Notes: generated by a model not told the origin, from the letters alone. A DNA stretch of 64,000 nt from Octopus sinensis (GCF_006345805.1 NC_042997.1:189906001-189970000); one strand, 5' to 3'; counted from the stretch's first letter, positions 39,513 to 53,130 are shown. Program-made: numbers and translations.

Positions 39513-39933
39513 CCCCCAAACTATGCATGCACATACACCACTCACTCATACATTGTTTCGGTCACATTAGCATATTTCATTTCATGTTTTATTAACTTTA
39601 GCATTCCTCTCATTGAGAATATATATAAAAAAAAAGTAAGAACTATGAGGAACAACTTCAAATGGCCAGAGCTAGTACTATTATTATGATTATTATTAAT
39701 ATTCATCATTGCCGCACATTATTCTGATGTGTATGGAGCCCATTGTTAGGTACTGATTTAGTTAATGTTGTGAGTTCCATGTGTTGCAGTAGTTAACCAC
39801 CACCTGAGGCTGCCAACTAAGAGGAGGGGAAGAGAGCATGGGGGTGTTCCCTCCTTTAAAATATTGTTTCAGCTGGCGTACACATAGGTTTGTGAATACA
39901 CCTGTTTTGGCAAATTTGTTGTTAATAAAAGTT

Positions 39934-39979
<46 letters not shown>

Positions 39980-40573
39980 TATGTGTGTGTGTGTAGCATG
40001 TATGCTCACTTTTAGCATTTAGTTATAGTATTACATTAAATGTTTATTATATCTCTATATTATAGTGATTCGTTCGTTGATAAAATAAGGAGAAAAAATT
40101 CATTTATCTTGAGTCCATCAACCACACTAAAAATGCTAATTCTCCCTACAGCAATCGCTGTTCTAGTCTGCTACTGGAAATTAACATTTGATATGGTACA
40201 TTTGTGTTGTAACTACTTCAATCGTTAATGAATTAGTGCTGTACGCACTTTAGGTTTTAGCAAAACTATATAAATGAATAAATAATTGAATGGTTAAGAA
40301 ACGTACAAACCTTAGATTGCACTGAAACGAAGAAAATTTTACAGAATTTCGGAGCAGAGAGTGAATGAGAAAGAGATAGGGAAGGAGAGGAGATATAAAA
40401 AAAAAATGAGTGGAGATTTAATAAGAGTAAAAGGCTTTTATTAAGGAGAAATTACGCAAAATTGTAAATATAGTTTGATTAAAAAGAAGATATTAATTTT
40501 TCTTTGCAGCGTGTAGTAGTATTAAATTGATTTTCTCTTCGGAATTTTGTGGAATATATATATATATATATTA

Positions 40574-40605
<32 letters not shown>

Positions 40606-40620
40606 CTATATATATATATG

Positions 40621-40649
<29 letters not shown>

Positions 40650-40652
<3 letters not shown>

Positions 40653-40852
40653 ACGTGCTTCTTTCAGTTTCCGCTCACCAAATCCACTCACAAGGCTTTG
40701 GCCGGCCCGAGGCTACAGTAGATAAAAATTGCTCAAGGTGTCACACAGTAGAATGAAACTAGGATCATATGCTTGGGAAACAAAATCCTTGCCGCCATCG
40801 GTTGTCAAACCGATGGTGGGGTTGGGGTTGAGGGACAAACACAGAAACACAA

Positions 40853-40891
<39 letters not shown>

Positions 40892-41072
40892 TATATATAT
40901 ATATATATATATATGATGGGCTCCTTTCAGCTTCCGTCTACAAAATCCACTCAGAAAGCTTTAGTTGCCCGATGCTATAGTAGAAGACACTCGCCCAAGG
41001 TGCACGCAGTGGGATAGAACCCGGGACCATGTGGTTGGTAAGCTAGATACTTACCACTCAGCCACTCCTGAG
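40650..41072 (-). mobile_element. SINE family A, partly duplicated/rearranged
   Basis: Two overlapping A bodies (40650-40745 and 40795-41072). Confidence 0.7.
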
Positions 41073-41125
41073 GCACATATTTCGTGAATGAGTTATGAAC
41101 TGAAAAACAAATGATTTACTTACAG

Positions 41126-41159
41126 CTCCTGATATGGACGATCCACCGGTTAAAACATT
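41126..41159 (+). CDS. Weak candidate 34-nt micro-exon
   Basis: atttacttacag|ctcctgatatggacgatccaccggttaaaacatt|gtaagt; open as xPDMDDPPVKTx; no partner exon found. Confidence 0.2.
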
Positions 41160-42336
41160 GTAAGTTTACGAAAACAAGCAAACGTCAATATATACTTAAT
41201 GTAATAAAGTTTCAAATGTCTCTGATTCTTAATACACACAACATATGTAGCAGGGTGAAAACATTAATTAACTAGGCATGTCTTATAGTTGATAATATTT
41301 CGTCATTTGAATGAGGAAATTCTAAATACATGTCATAGGAATCAGTTAGGCAGATCTAGTTCCTGTTTGTTATATGAATTACCGAATACAGAGAAATGTA
41401 TATGATGTAGCGTTAGAACTTATAAGAGTTTCCTGAACTTTAAAGACAGTAAAGTTATTTCCCTGTTAGATGATGGAAAGAGGAAAATTTGAAGAGGGCT
41501 AACGTAGCATCCATCAGTTAAAGTTTCCGTCTTACATATAGCCAAAACTTCGTTTCCAGTTATTTATTGTCAGGCAGACAAAACTACGTGAAGAGCTGTC
41601 AGGTTTCAAGTCTCCGATCAGTCTGCCCTATCGTGTTAGGACTGATTTCCGCAACTGATACAGAAAGACCAACAGTGTGCCCAACGGTTTTAGTTAATTA
41701 AACAAATTCTAATAACATAACGAGACACTTCAAACGTCTAGCCATCCACTGCACTCAGAACTAACATCATCATACTCGCCTCAATCTTGGTTCCTGATCA
41801 AAGGAAGTCTGGACAAAGCAGTAAGGTTGGTGATGCGATACTATCCCTAACTTTAATCCAGTAGAGTAAAAAGTCAACTTAAATTATGTTCCGAAACATC
41901 TCTATTCTGAATGGATTGTTGCTTCACAGTCCATTTTCATGGAAACACTCCATTGTGATTGGCGTCGAATGAGAGGATTCATTCAAGATGTATTCAAATC
42001 GCCAGAGAACAACAGAACCAAAGAATGTTTTTTTCTCTTGACCTACTTATCTCCAACATTCGATCAAAAGACCTAAAAACATTTTGATTAACTTCTATCG
42101 ACCAGAATACATCAGTCGCTGGATGTTAATATAATAACCCAATGCCTTTGGTGTGTAAAAATGCTCATTCATGTTTCTTCATACTCTAAATAATATACAG
42201 CTTATCATAGTTCGTCCCACTTGTTATGTCGAGATAAACTTTGCTGCTCCACATTGCGAGATGGATGAAATTAGTAAAAGACTAAAAATACTGTATTGAT
42301 ATATTAAACGAACACATTTGAGAGTGATGCTGCAGT

Positions 42337-43128
42337 CGTCTTCTTCTTCTTCCTCCATCCAGTACAACTAAAATCGCCAACATTTTCATGGCACTATAAC
42401 AATTTGTAGCTAACCAACAAACCAGCTGAATATATCACGACCAACATACCTTGCTCCACCGGCAGATTCCGGACAAACTGATCACTAAATTTTACAAATA
42501 GCACCATAAATTACTAATAGTGCAACTACTACTACTGCTCTTACTGCTGCTGCCGCAGAGCCCGATACTGATGCTGATCTAACGGTACCACCGCTGCTGC
42601 TGCCGCTTCTACTGTTGTTGTTGTTGTTGTTCTTTTTCTTCTTCTTCTTCCAATCAGGACTCACGCCATTAGCCACAAAGAATAATCTGTAATTCGAGCC
42701 TACTCTAAGCTACTAAGAATGCGTGTGGCAACTTGAAGATCCACCCGCCACACGCGATAGACTGGCGGTTTCACGGGCGCGAAAGCTACCTTGTTATCCT
42801 CATTCCGTAAACGGTGGCTTTTAACGGATGGAGAGCTGAACCATCCTGGGGTACAGAGGATTCGCAATCTAGACTAGGGTCTGAAAGTTTACCACACCAT
42901 AGTGGGTTACATCATGGTTCCTCTGCTTTGTGGCAGAAGTAGGAAGAAAGAGTGAGAGAAAGTTGTGGTGAAAGAGTACAGCGGGGTTCACCCCCACCCC
43001 CGCCGGAGCCTCATGGAGCTTAGGTGTTTTTGCTCAATAAACACTCACAATGCCCGGTCTGAGAATCGAAACCGCGTTCTTACGACCGCGAGTCCGCTGC
43101 CCTAACCACTGGGCCATTGCGCCTCCAC
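42337..43128 (-). mobile_element. SINE head C with a long 3' extension, bounded by an exact 12-bp TSD
   Basis: tgatgctgcagt at 42325-42336 and 43129-43140; (GAA)n-type tails at about 42630-42650 and 42340-42355. Confidence 0.75.
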
Positions 43129-43871
43129 TGATGCTGCAGTAGGAAGGCACTTCAATGATTGAAAGTAAAGAATAAAATAATGAAGGGCAGCGCTTTAAAA
43201 ATAAAGAAATATGTTTGGAAGTAATTAGTGTAGATATTTTAAAACGGTTTCAATCCCGTTGAACTTGAACATTGATATAAGGAGTTCTGGTGGAAGACCG
43301 ATTTATCTCATTGGAACGGCAATTAGTTCTTAACATGCACCCATCTCTACAGTTTTCTTATCTTGCAAAATCATTCTAGCTAGGCTTGAGCAATTGATTA
43401 TAGTGAGATGTAGAATATGGAGAACGACAGATAAACAAAATGAAGGAGATGGCAAAAAGAGATAATTAACGGAATAATAATAATAATAATAATAACAGTA
43501 ACAGAAAATACACAAACGCGGAGGAAATAGAAGTAAATGTTTAAAGATAACGGGGAAAAAAAACTAGGAATATAATATAAGGAAAATTTAAACGAAAAAA
43601 AGAAAGAAGGGTATTGAAAGAAAATATGATGAAATATAAATGAATGGTGAGGCTGGGGCAGAGGAAAGAGAAAGAAAGAAAGAAAGATGTGGACTGGAAG
43701 AGAATAAGATTACAGATAAATAAATTGATAGACAAAATAAGAAAGATGAGGAGTGAGAAGAAATGAGAGAAAAAGAAAGCGAAAGAGAAAAAGGGGAGAA
43801 AAGAAAATGAGTGACCGAAAGAAAGTAGAAGAGAAAGAAACAAAGAAAGACAGAGAGAGAGAGAGAGAGAG

Positions 43872-43929
<58 letters not shown>

Positions 43930-44445
43930 GTGGGGAGAAAGAGTGCCAGAAAGGTTGGCAAAGATATACGTGGCTTTGACTTGTGAATCGTTATACAGTC
44001 ACATAGATTCTTGTGAATTTTGGACAGAAACTTCTTCACACACCATATCTGTTAATCTTCAGTTTCCAGGATAAGAAATTAGGTCAAAGGATTCAGTACC
44101 GATTAGTTTCTTCTCTTTGAATATATTTCATCCCACCATTAGATTTCAAGCGCGTACAGGAATTTCTGAAAACCTCTTATCGCTCGTTCCTGGTTGTCGA
44201 ATCGTATTGAAAAGATTTATCTTCAATGTTTGCTGTAATATATCATTACTAAAGATTCCACGAGATTTTCCCCAAGAAATACTCCACTAGCAATTAGTGG
44301 AGTTCTACGGCAACCAATCCGTTAAGTGAGTTGATAGTTCATAACCCATCCTAAATCCGTAATTTAACCATCACTAATCAGAAGTTATATATATATATAT
44401 ATATTTGTGTTTTCATGTTTGGATTAACTTAGATATATATATATA

Positions 44446-44528
<83 letters not shown>

Positions 44529-44690
44529 TACTACATATTACATATTATATATAATATATATATACTATATATATATATATAGCTTAGATATTCACGTATG
44601 TTGTGTAAAATTTGTGATGGGTTTGTTGTGAGCCCGTGGAACAAATTCTGATTTTAAAATATATCATGGTCAAGCAAAGTACGTACACAC

Positions 44691-44727
<37 letters not shown>

Positions 44728-44735
44728 CACAATCG

Positions 44736-44777
<42 letters not shown>

Positions 44778-44821
44778 AAATGTGCGTAAACGTATGCGAA
44801 AAGAAACATACATATACGCAC

Positions 44822-44868
<47 letters not shown>

Positions 44869-45182
44869 GAAAGATAACGTAGAAAAAATCAGGAAAGCTG
44901 CTAGAAGTGTACAGTACACACACTATTCGCAATGGTAAAACACGCCCCACCACTATATTCCCCGCTGAGAAGTAGGTGAATTCGTTGATTGAAAGGTAAA
45001 TAAGTGCATTGTTGGCGTGTAGAAAATATCAGCTGATCCTTCTACAGGGTGTGCGCCTCTCTCTCTTTATATATATGTATGTAGTTAATGGTAAGACGAC
45101 AAAAGAATGAATGAGACCTCGATATTATGTAAATAGAGGAATTTATCTGTAATATAATATGTGACAATTATTCGGTTGTCCA

Positions 45183-45245
45183 TGATAAGACTCCGAGCTT
45201 CGGATGTTCGGACGGAAATCTGCTCCGGCATCTCGTCAGTTATCA
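45183..45245 (-). ncRNA. Type I hammerhead-like motif with canonical CUGACGA core and GUC site
   Basis: tgataa-CTGACGA-gatg..22 nt..catc-c-GAAG-c-tcgga-GTC-ttatca; 6-bp stem I; A15.1 is G in this copy. Confidence 0.6.
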
Positions 45246-45641
45246 ACATCCGAAACTCGCAGTCTTATTATATTACATATATATAGATATATATATATAG
45301 ATATATATATATATATATATACACAAATAAATATATATATATATATATATTGTCAATAATAAAGGGTAAACTTAATTAATTAATTAATAATTACTGATTC
45401 TACCAAGTAGTATTCGGCATGTTAAAAAGACCATTATCAGTCCTACGTTTGTTTTTGAGTATATGTTGTCTGGGAGATTTTCTTATAGTAGAGAAATAGC
45501 TAGTTTCTTTGGCTGCTATTTCAAAATTTCGGTATGTGGTGAAGCACAATTTTTTTTGTCGAACCCTAATTATAATTATACTCATAACTATAAAAATTAT
45601 TGTATAAATATATATATATACATATTATATATATATTATAT

Positions 45642-45673
<32 letters not shown>

Positions 45674-45945
45674 ATATTATATATATATTATATATATATA
45701 TATAATATACATACTTACACACACACACCACCACACACATACACCAGACTTATATATTCGAGGGAATCTCCTGCAAGTTAACATGGGATCCCTTAATGAC
45801 AATGCAAACTTCATTGTTAAGGTATCGTTGGCTCGACGAATAGTTAGCGGAGTAACTCCTCGTTTGGGCAATTACTACTTCCGAGTTTTTGGTAGCTATA
45901 AAACATTGTAGCCTGGATGTTATCTACTCCATTCTCTAATTCTGG

Positions 45946-46001
<56 letters not shown>

Positions 46002-46144
46002 TGTGTGTGTGTGTGTGTGTTACTTGTAGGCATTGAACTGAAGTCATGCAAGGGGTCTGCTTTGGAGAAACTGACTCGAGTACATATGTTTTTACGTCTA
46101 GAAAGACCAGTTTATATATTAAGCACTTTCCTGGAAACTGGTAT

Positions 46145-46295
46145 TTTCATATTGACCTGCAGTTTCGTGGGAGACAGTAAGTCGATTAGACAGTCCCCTA
46201 GTACTCAAATGGTGATTATTTTACCGATCCCGAAAGGATGACAGGCTAAGAAGTATTTTGCCCGGCGTGCTAACGATTCTGCCAGTTTGCCGTTT
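46145..46295 (-). mobile_element. Degenerate SINE family B
   Basis: taagtcgattagac, cccgaaaggatga and cccggcgtgctaacgattctgcca segments. Confidence 0.6.
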
Positions 46296-46488
46296 TAAAC
46301 TGGCACCTACATATTAATTGCTGTTAAGGACACATTATTTCATCTTTATAACAATAATATACTACCGAGTATATTAAAGGTTTAGAAGATAATATTGTGT
46401 CTTAACCTGTGTTAGCAGAGCGATGGTTTCACTTTTTAAATTCTTCTATGTGTGCGTGTGTGAAGTTGTGTAGACATTTATATATTGT

Positions 46489-46984
46489 GACCCCCTTCGG
46501 TCATGAATGACCATGGGATTGCACCTAGAGAGTTACCCTCCGAGGCACAAGTCTTGGCAAAGTTGTTTATGGAAGACCAGCAGTCGCCCACGTATACCAG
46601 CCTCCCCTCTCCACGCCACCGATGTTATCCAAGGGAAAGGCAAAGGCCCATACAGCTTGACACCAGTGATGTCGTAGCTCATTTATTATCGTGCAAGTGG
46701 CTGAGCACTCCACAGACACGTGTACCCTTAACGTAGTTCTCGGGGAGATTCAGAGTGATAAGACTGGCCCTTTGAAATACAAGTACAAGAGAAACAAGAA
46801 GAAAGAGTGAGAGAAAGTTGTGGTGAAAAGTACAGCAGGGTTCACCACCATCCCTTGCCGGAGCTTCGTGGAGCTTTAGAGGTTTTCGCTCAATAAACAC
46901 TTACAATGGCCGGTCTGGGAATCGAAACCGCAATCCTACAACCGTGAGTCCGCTGCCCAAACAACTGGGCCATTGCGCCTCCAC
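46489..46984 (-). mobile_element. Composite SINE: family C head/body (46984 to ~46690) joined to family D tail (~46685 to 46489)
   Basis: Direct comparison with 62468-62847 and 39156-39482. Confidence 0.75.
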
Positions 46985-47184
46985 ATACATTTATATACAG
47001 TGGAAAAAACACGCAATACAATTAAATAATTCTCATCATACAATAATATAAATTAAATAAAACAGTGTTCTGGATAGTTTTGAGGAACATTGCACAGTCG
47101 ATAGAAGCCAGTTCGAGTATTTACGAGATGAAACCCTATTAAAATATAAAGAAATTGTAAGGTAAACCTATTTTTGGACCACTC

Positions 47185-47375
47185 TGTATATACGACGGAA
47201 TTCCACATAGTTGCACAATTTTCGTCTACCACATTCATTCATAAGGCATTGCTTAGCCCGGGCCTATAGTTGAAAACATTTGCCCAAGGTACCATACAGT
47301 GGATTGAACTCGAAACCACGTCGTTGAAATGCAAACTTAAATAGACCATATTGCCTGTGCATAATTTTTAGACTA
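47185..47375 (-). mobile_element. Degenerate 5' half of SINE family A
   Basis: cgtctacc, ggctatag-like and tttgcccaagg segments in reverse orientation. Confidence 0.6.
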
Positions 47376-47488
47376 TTTTGCTGTGAGGCCACTCATTCAT
47401 TATGGCACATTTTTCGTTGCCATACGTTCTACACATCCGTCGTTGATAGAAGTAAAAGACAGACTAACTAGAAAGACAAGAAGTATAT

Positions 47489-47693
47489 AGGCGCAGGAGG
47501 ACCCATATGGGCGCAGGAAAGGCTGTATGGTAAGTAGCTTGCTTACCAACCACATGATTCCGGGATTCAGTCCTACTGCGTGGCACCTTGGGCAAGTGCC
47601 TTCTACTATAGCCTCGGGCCTTGTGAGTGGATTTGGTAGACGGAAACTGAAAAGACGCCCGTCGTATATATGTGTATATATATATATATTTAT

Positions 47694-47751
<58 letters not shown>

Positions 47752-47965
47752 TTTGTGTGTTTGTGTTTGTCCCCCAACATCGCTTGACAACCGACGCTGG
47801 TGTGTTTACCTCCCCGTAACATAGCGGTTAGGCAAAAGAGACTGATAGAATAAGTACTAAGCTTACAAGGAATAAGTCCTGGGGCTGATTTTCCCGACTA
47901 AAGACGGTGCTCCAGCATGGTCGCAGTCAAATGACTGAAACAAGTAATGAGTAAGAGCAAAGAGT
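47489..47965 (+). mobile_element. SINE family A
   Basis: Matches 6318-6748; short 5' duplication of gggcgcagga. Confidence 0.85.
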
Positions 47966-48632
47966 AATTCCCAGCTTGCTAGAAATTCAATTCGAATCTC
48001 TCGAAACAACGAGAGATCTTCAGCCTACGTAAGAGCAGCAAATGTTTCTTTAACTTTTCATAACTTAGCATCTTAAAAATGAATTATAGATTAAATAACA
48101 TAGTCCAAAATATTGTATAACTGAAAGAAAAAATAGCAAGAAATATATGATGGTCAAAGGTGAGATTTGTTTAATCAGAGCTAACCTGGAGCAAAGCAAT
48201 ATCGTATATTGAATATTAAATAAAAGATGGCTGATTTAGACCATAGGCTTTCAGGTTTGTCCAATAAAATAAATTGTTTTTTTATTATATTTTCTATGTA
48301 TCATAGAATTTCTATTGCATAAGTTAAAGTTTGATATCAGATTTTACGATTATTCATGAAGGCAGCTTGTTTATAATTTCTAAGACTGTAAGCGAACAAT
48401 GCTATTATTAATTATTATGTTTTTCTTTCTTTTTTTTTATATATTTTTCTTTTGTAATCTCTTCCTATCCAACTCTCAACAAAGAATGCCTGGTCGAATG
48501 CATTGTGGCAGTAACAATATATTTTAGAAATAGCATTTATCCAACTTACTACTTCTGATTATATTTATTCACTTTAGTTCTAACTCCGAATTCATTCAAG
48601 AAAATAACACCCATGTATATATATACAATATA

Positions 48633-48690
<58 letters not shown>

Positions 48691-48799
48691 TATATATATA
48701 TATAGATATAATATAATATATGTATATGTATATATATAGGTATATGTATATGTATATATGTATATGTATATGTTATATATAGTATATGTATAGGTAAGG

Positions 48800-48831
<32 letters not shown>

Positions 48832-48913
48832 ATAGATATATCTATATATATATATATATATATAAACCTATACCTATACATATACATATATATAAACATA
48901 TACATATATACAC

Positions 48914-48966
<53 letters not shown>

Positions 48967-51073
48967 TAATATATATATGTACATATATACATGCATACAT
49001 GCACAAGACTTGGTATTTTAGACAAAAGATTGTGGGTGGTGAAAGATTAATTTACTTACTTATTCAATCTAGCCTCTAGTGGCTGAGATAGTGTACAGGA
49101 TAATTCTAATTTAATACTAACACTCTTTATTTTTTCTTATTTTTGTTCCACAGATCTAATGTTAAATTTCTTGGGGCTGTAACATTTTAACAATCCTCTC
49201 GAATTTACCCAATGACATTTGTAGAGTGTCTTATCCTCATGCTCGATCTCTTTTTCTTCCAGTACGTTACATTTCGTAGATGTCAATCTCTGTTTGTTAT
49301 GTTCTGTTTCGTATCTTTCTCATTTAAACTTTACCCGACATTTCATACCCGTCCCTTTAATTCTCATCTATTTCATTTTCGTTTACGAGAAAGCCATCAG
49401 CATATATTTATGTTCTCTTTAAGGATATTTGGATTAAAGTGGGGCAGTTTACAGCAGATCCGTTTATTCTTTCTCTCGTTCAGTTTTATTTAAGTGACAG
49501 TTTTTATGTTTCCCAAATTATTTTTAATAAAATATTTGAAATATCTTTGTGTTTGTTGTTTTGTCTTTCATTGATATATCCTATTTTCGAACAATCATCT
49601 TATTGAAACCGAGGAGCAGTATCTATAGAAAATTAATTCTTGTATCTAACGGATATATAACTTGTTATGTAATCTTTCCCATCCATCGCTTCCACATAAA
49701 TGCATGTTGTTTTATTAAACTTAAGGTCAATTTTGTTTAGGTGGTGCTAATCTCTTTTAATCAACCAAACAATACAATTCTTGAATTTAGCTTTCTCAGT
49801 ATAAAAGGTAAAGTTGTATACTAATTTGTCTCTAAATCCGAGACGTAAATCATCAAAGACTTATATATTACAACAGTGTCTCTACCATAGCAGTCATTTA
49901 CTTTCCATAAAAATGTCAGATAATTTATGTTATCACATGTATCTGCAGAAGACGAACTGTTTTTAGCTGTTGCAATTATTTCTTACTTTTCTAAATTATT
50001 TGTTTTATGTAGAAACAGTAACTTTGTGTCTTTGTCTGACTCATTATCATTTAGTGGTCGTGAAATAAACTACAACTTACTATTGACGTCAGTAGCGGTA
50101 ATAGCGGTGTTTGGTTTATATTATCAAGGATAAACAATGGTCACGATGTAGGGTGAACTATGCTCTTGATCTATCTTTAGAAAGCTTTAAAATTTTCTAG
50201 TTACAGATTCTTTTTAACATTTCACTAACGACAGTGGGTTAAGAGAGTCATTAGATGATCGGAAAAATGGCTTCCGTATTTGTTCTGACTCTTAAGAACC
50301 CGGGTTTAAATTTCACCATGTCACCTTTGCTTTTGCCTTTCAGGGGACTTTGAGTGCATCTAGTATCCCTTTTCAAGTATGTACAAACACTAATGAAGGA
50401 GGTGTTGCTTGGGACATTTCTAGGCGTTAAAAAAATCGTCCCTAATCTTGCAGATCACATACTTACTCATTCCAAAATATTTAAGAAAGATTTGACTGTT
50501 GGGATATCCAAGAAAGGGCTCATGTACTAGTTATGGCTCACGTAAAATCGTTCATAGAATTGATAAAAGATCTTATGAGTATCCTGTCTTTTATAAGCTG
50601 CGCATAATTGAAGACATTCTCCACGGCAATCAGCACTTAAGTTGTATCGAGATAGCCATGCAAATTCGTTAAGCCTGCCATCAGAATTCGTTTGTCGTGC
50701 GAAGAACTGTGAATTTCATCGCGATATTTCAGAAATGAGCTCACCATCCCAGTTTTGTTAGTCCTTGCTTTTCTATTTCAGAATAGGAAACATTTCTATA
50801 TTTTTACTTGTTCTGTTGTTTATAGCAGCTTGTTGAAACTCTTTGCTTTTCAATTTCTCATCATTTTCACACATATATATATAGTATATATATAGTACCT
50901 ATGAGGATATTTAGACCTCTTATAGGTATATTTTTGTCCACGATACACTGGTTTAATATATTATATATTCAAGACATATTTCTTCAATGAATATACTACA
51001 TAAAATATCAAATATTATTATCAAGCACATTATTTACATTCGATGGATATTTGTCCTCATCTTGTTTGTTGTT

Positions 51074-51119
51074 AACACAACGTTTCGACTGATATACATT
51101 TCAGCCTTCATCAGGTGTC
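51074..51119 (-). ncRNA. Minimal type I hammerhead-like motif (PLE-terminus type)
   Basis: gacac-CTGATGA-A-ggctga/aatgtata/tcagtc-GAAAC-GTT-gtgtt; 6-bp stem II with one G-U. Confidence 0.7.
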
Positions 51120-51187
51120 TTGGGGAAATTTCGAACCTAGGTTCTCATTCCTGAGTAATTTTCGATGTTATTATCATTATTATTATT

Positions 51188-52835
51188 CAGTAGTTTTATT
51201 TTTATAGCGTGCTTTCACTTCACTACCGAGCGCAGCTCTGTGTGCCTTGGGTATGTGCTGTGATTTGTTGTGATGCTCTGATGGTTATTGTATGGAAAGT
51301 GTTCTGCGTAGGATGTGTGCAGTGCCTAGTAGTGCAATTTTCTGTATGTTATATGTGTTTGTAAGTCCTGGTGCTTTTGTTATGTATTTTTCTGATATTT
51401 TTTTTCATGCCTAAGGCACCTACTATGATAGGAATTGTTCTGTTTTCAGATTCCACATTCTAGTTACCTGTATTTCCAGGTCTTTGTATTTTGAGATTTT
51501 CTCCATTTCTTTTAGAGACACGTTGTCATCAGCCGGTATTGATACATCAATTAGAGAGCATTTTTTTTCTTCATGGTCTCTGACAACTATATCTGGTCTG
51601 TTGCCTTAATTTCTCTATCTGTGTGTATCGGCATATCACCAGAGTATGGTTGCTTTCTCGTTTTCTGTGACCTTTTCTGGTGTGTGCCTATACCATCTTT
51701 TTTCTGTTGTTATTCCATAATGTTGGCATAGCTTCCAATGTATGTAGGTTCCAACTCTGTCATGTCTGTGAATATATTCCTTCTAGCCAGGACTGGGCAG
51801 CTAGAGATAATATGATTTATTGTTTCTTGTCCATCTCCACATATTCTGCAGTTACTTGTAATTTTCTTTTCATTACATGTTTTTGGTAATTTCTGGTGGG
51901 GAGGCTTTGGTCTTGTGCTGCAATTAAAAATCCTCTGTGTTTCTGCTTTAAGTCCTGAGCTTCTCAACCATTGCTGGGATTTTTCTTTGTCTATTTCTTT
52001 TGCGTTTAGTTTAGTCCAGTATTTACCATGAAGGGGCTTTTCTTTCCATCGTTTTATCATGGTCGTTGCTGTTCTATTTTTGGTTTGGATTTCATTTGTT
52101 TTAATAGCTTTTGTTGTTTCTTCATCTTCCTCTTCTTCTCTTCATGTTTATTAGGTGGTATGATTTCTTGTTCGTATTTGTCAGCTTCCTTAAATACTGA
52201 GAACATTTTTTGTTTTGCTCGTGTTTTGCCGCTATCTGATCAGTTTTCCTTCCTTCTGAAGTAGATATTTTTGCAGTCCTATGGTGGTTATTTTATAGTA
52301 GTTTTCCAGCTGTATAAGGCCTCTACCACCTTCTATACGTGTATATATATAGTCTTTCTATGTCAGATTTTGGGTGAAGAATCCTAGATCCTGTCATTAT
52401 TTTTCTTGTTTTCCTATCTATTTTGGTCAGTTCATTTCGTGTCCAGTTAAGGATATTGTAGCTGTAACTTATAACTGGACAGCTAAAGTGTCGATATCTA
52501 TTATCTTGTTTTTAGCATTGAGCTCTGTGTTTAGTATTGATCTAACTCGTCTATAATATTCTTTTTTTATTTTCTCTTTCATTTGGTGTGTGTTGTGTCT
52601 TATAGTTCATGATTTCCTAAGTATTTGTAGTTTGGCTTTGGTCTATTTCTTTTATTTCATTGGTTTTATCTAGTGTGATGTTGTTACTCTTAACTAGTTT
52701 TCCTCTTTTCATGGTTACTTTGGCGCATTTTTCTAATCCAAATTTCATATCTATTTCTTTGGTAAATCCATGAACTGTCTTTAATAGTGTTTCCAGCTGT
52801 TTGTCATTTGCAGCGTATAGTTTTAGGTCATCCAT
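51188..52835 (-). mobile_element. 5'-truncated R4/Dong-clade non-LTR retrotransposon (RT C-terminus, CCHC, RLE endonuclease), degraded
   Basis: YMDDLKLYA, FGLEKCAK, WKEKPLHGKY, CRICGDGQETINHIISSC and RPDIVVRD...LIDVSIP...KEMEKISKYKDLEI; (TAA)n runs on both sides. Confidence 0.9.
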
Positions 52836-52871
52836 ATATATAATATATATATATAAATATAATATATATAA

Positions 52872-52935
<64 letters not shown>

Positions 52936-52964
52936 TCGCTCTTAACCACTACACCATATGCTCG

Positions 52965-53069
52965 CGGGCAATTATGGAGTGAATGTTAGGGCTTATAAAT
53001 CTAATATTTTCCTATCCTTCCTTAAATATTAGATTTATAAGCCTTAAAATTCACTCCATAATTGCCCAC
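52965..53069. repeat. ~44-bp near-perfect hairpin
   Basis: gggcaattatggagtgaatgttagggcttataaatctaatattt (52966-53009) pairs with 53024-53067 with 2 mismatches; 14-nt loop. Confidence 0.9.
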
Positions 53070-53084
53070 GGGAAATTTCCCCAA

Positions 53085-53130
53085 GACACCTGATGAAGGC
53101 TGGAGGGTATATCAGCCGAAACGTTGTGTT
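53085..53130 (+). ncRNA. Minimal type I hammerhead-like motif (PLE-terminus type)
   Basis: gacac-CTGATGA-A-ggctg/gagggtatat/cagcc-GAAAC-GTT-gtgtt; palindrome aacgtt replaces stem III. Confidence 0.75.

Noticed and set aside
42485-42676. ORF ending in a hydrophobic helix (MANGVSPDW...VVVALLVIYGAICKI)
   Set aside because: Built from (GAA), (AAC), (CAG) and (TAG) simple repeats inside the TSD-bounded insertion.
49200-50130. Minus-strand stretch that reads as a long frame with scattered stops
   Set aside because: No recognisable motif; compatible with AT-rich non-coding DNA. A tBLASTx search would be needed to revive it.
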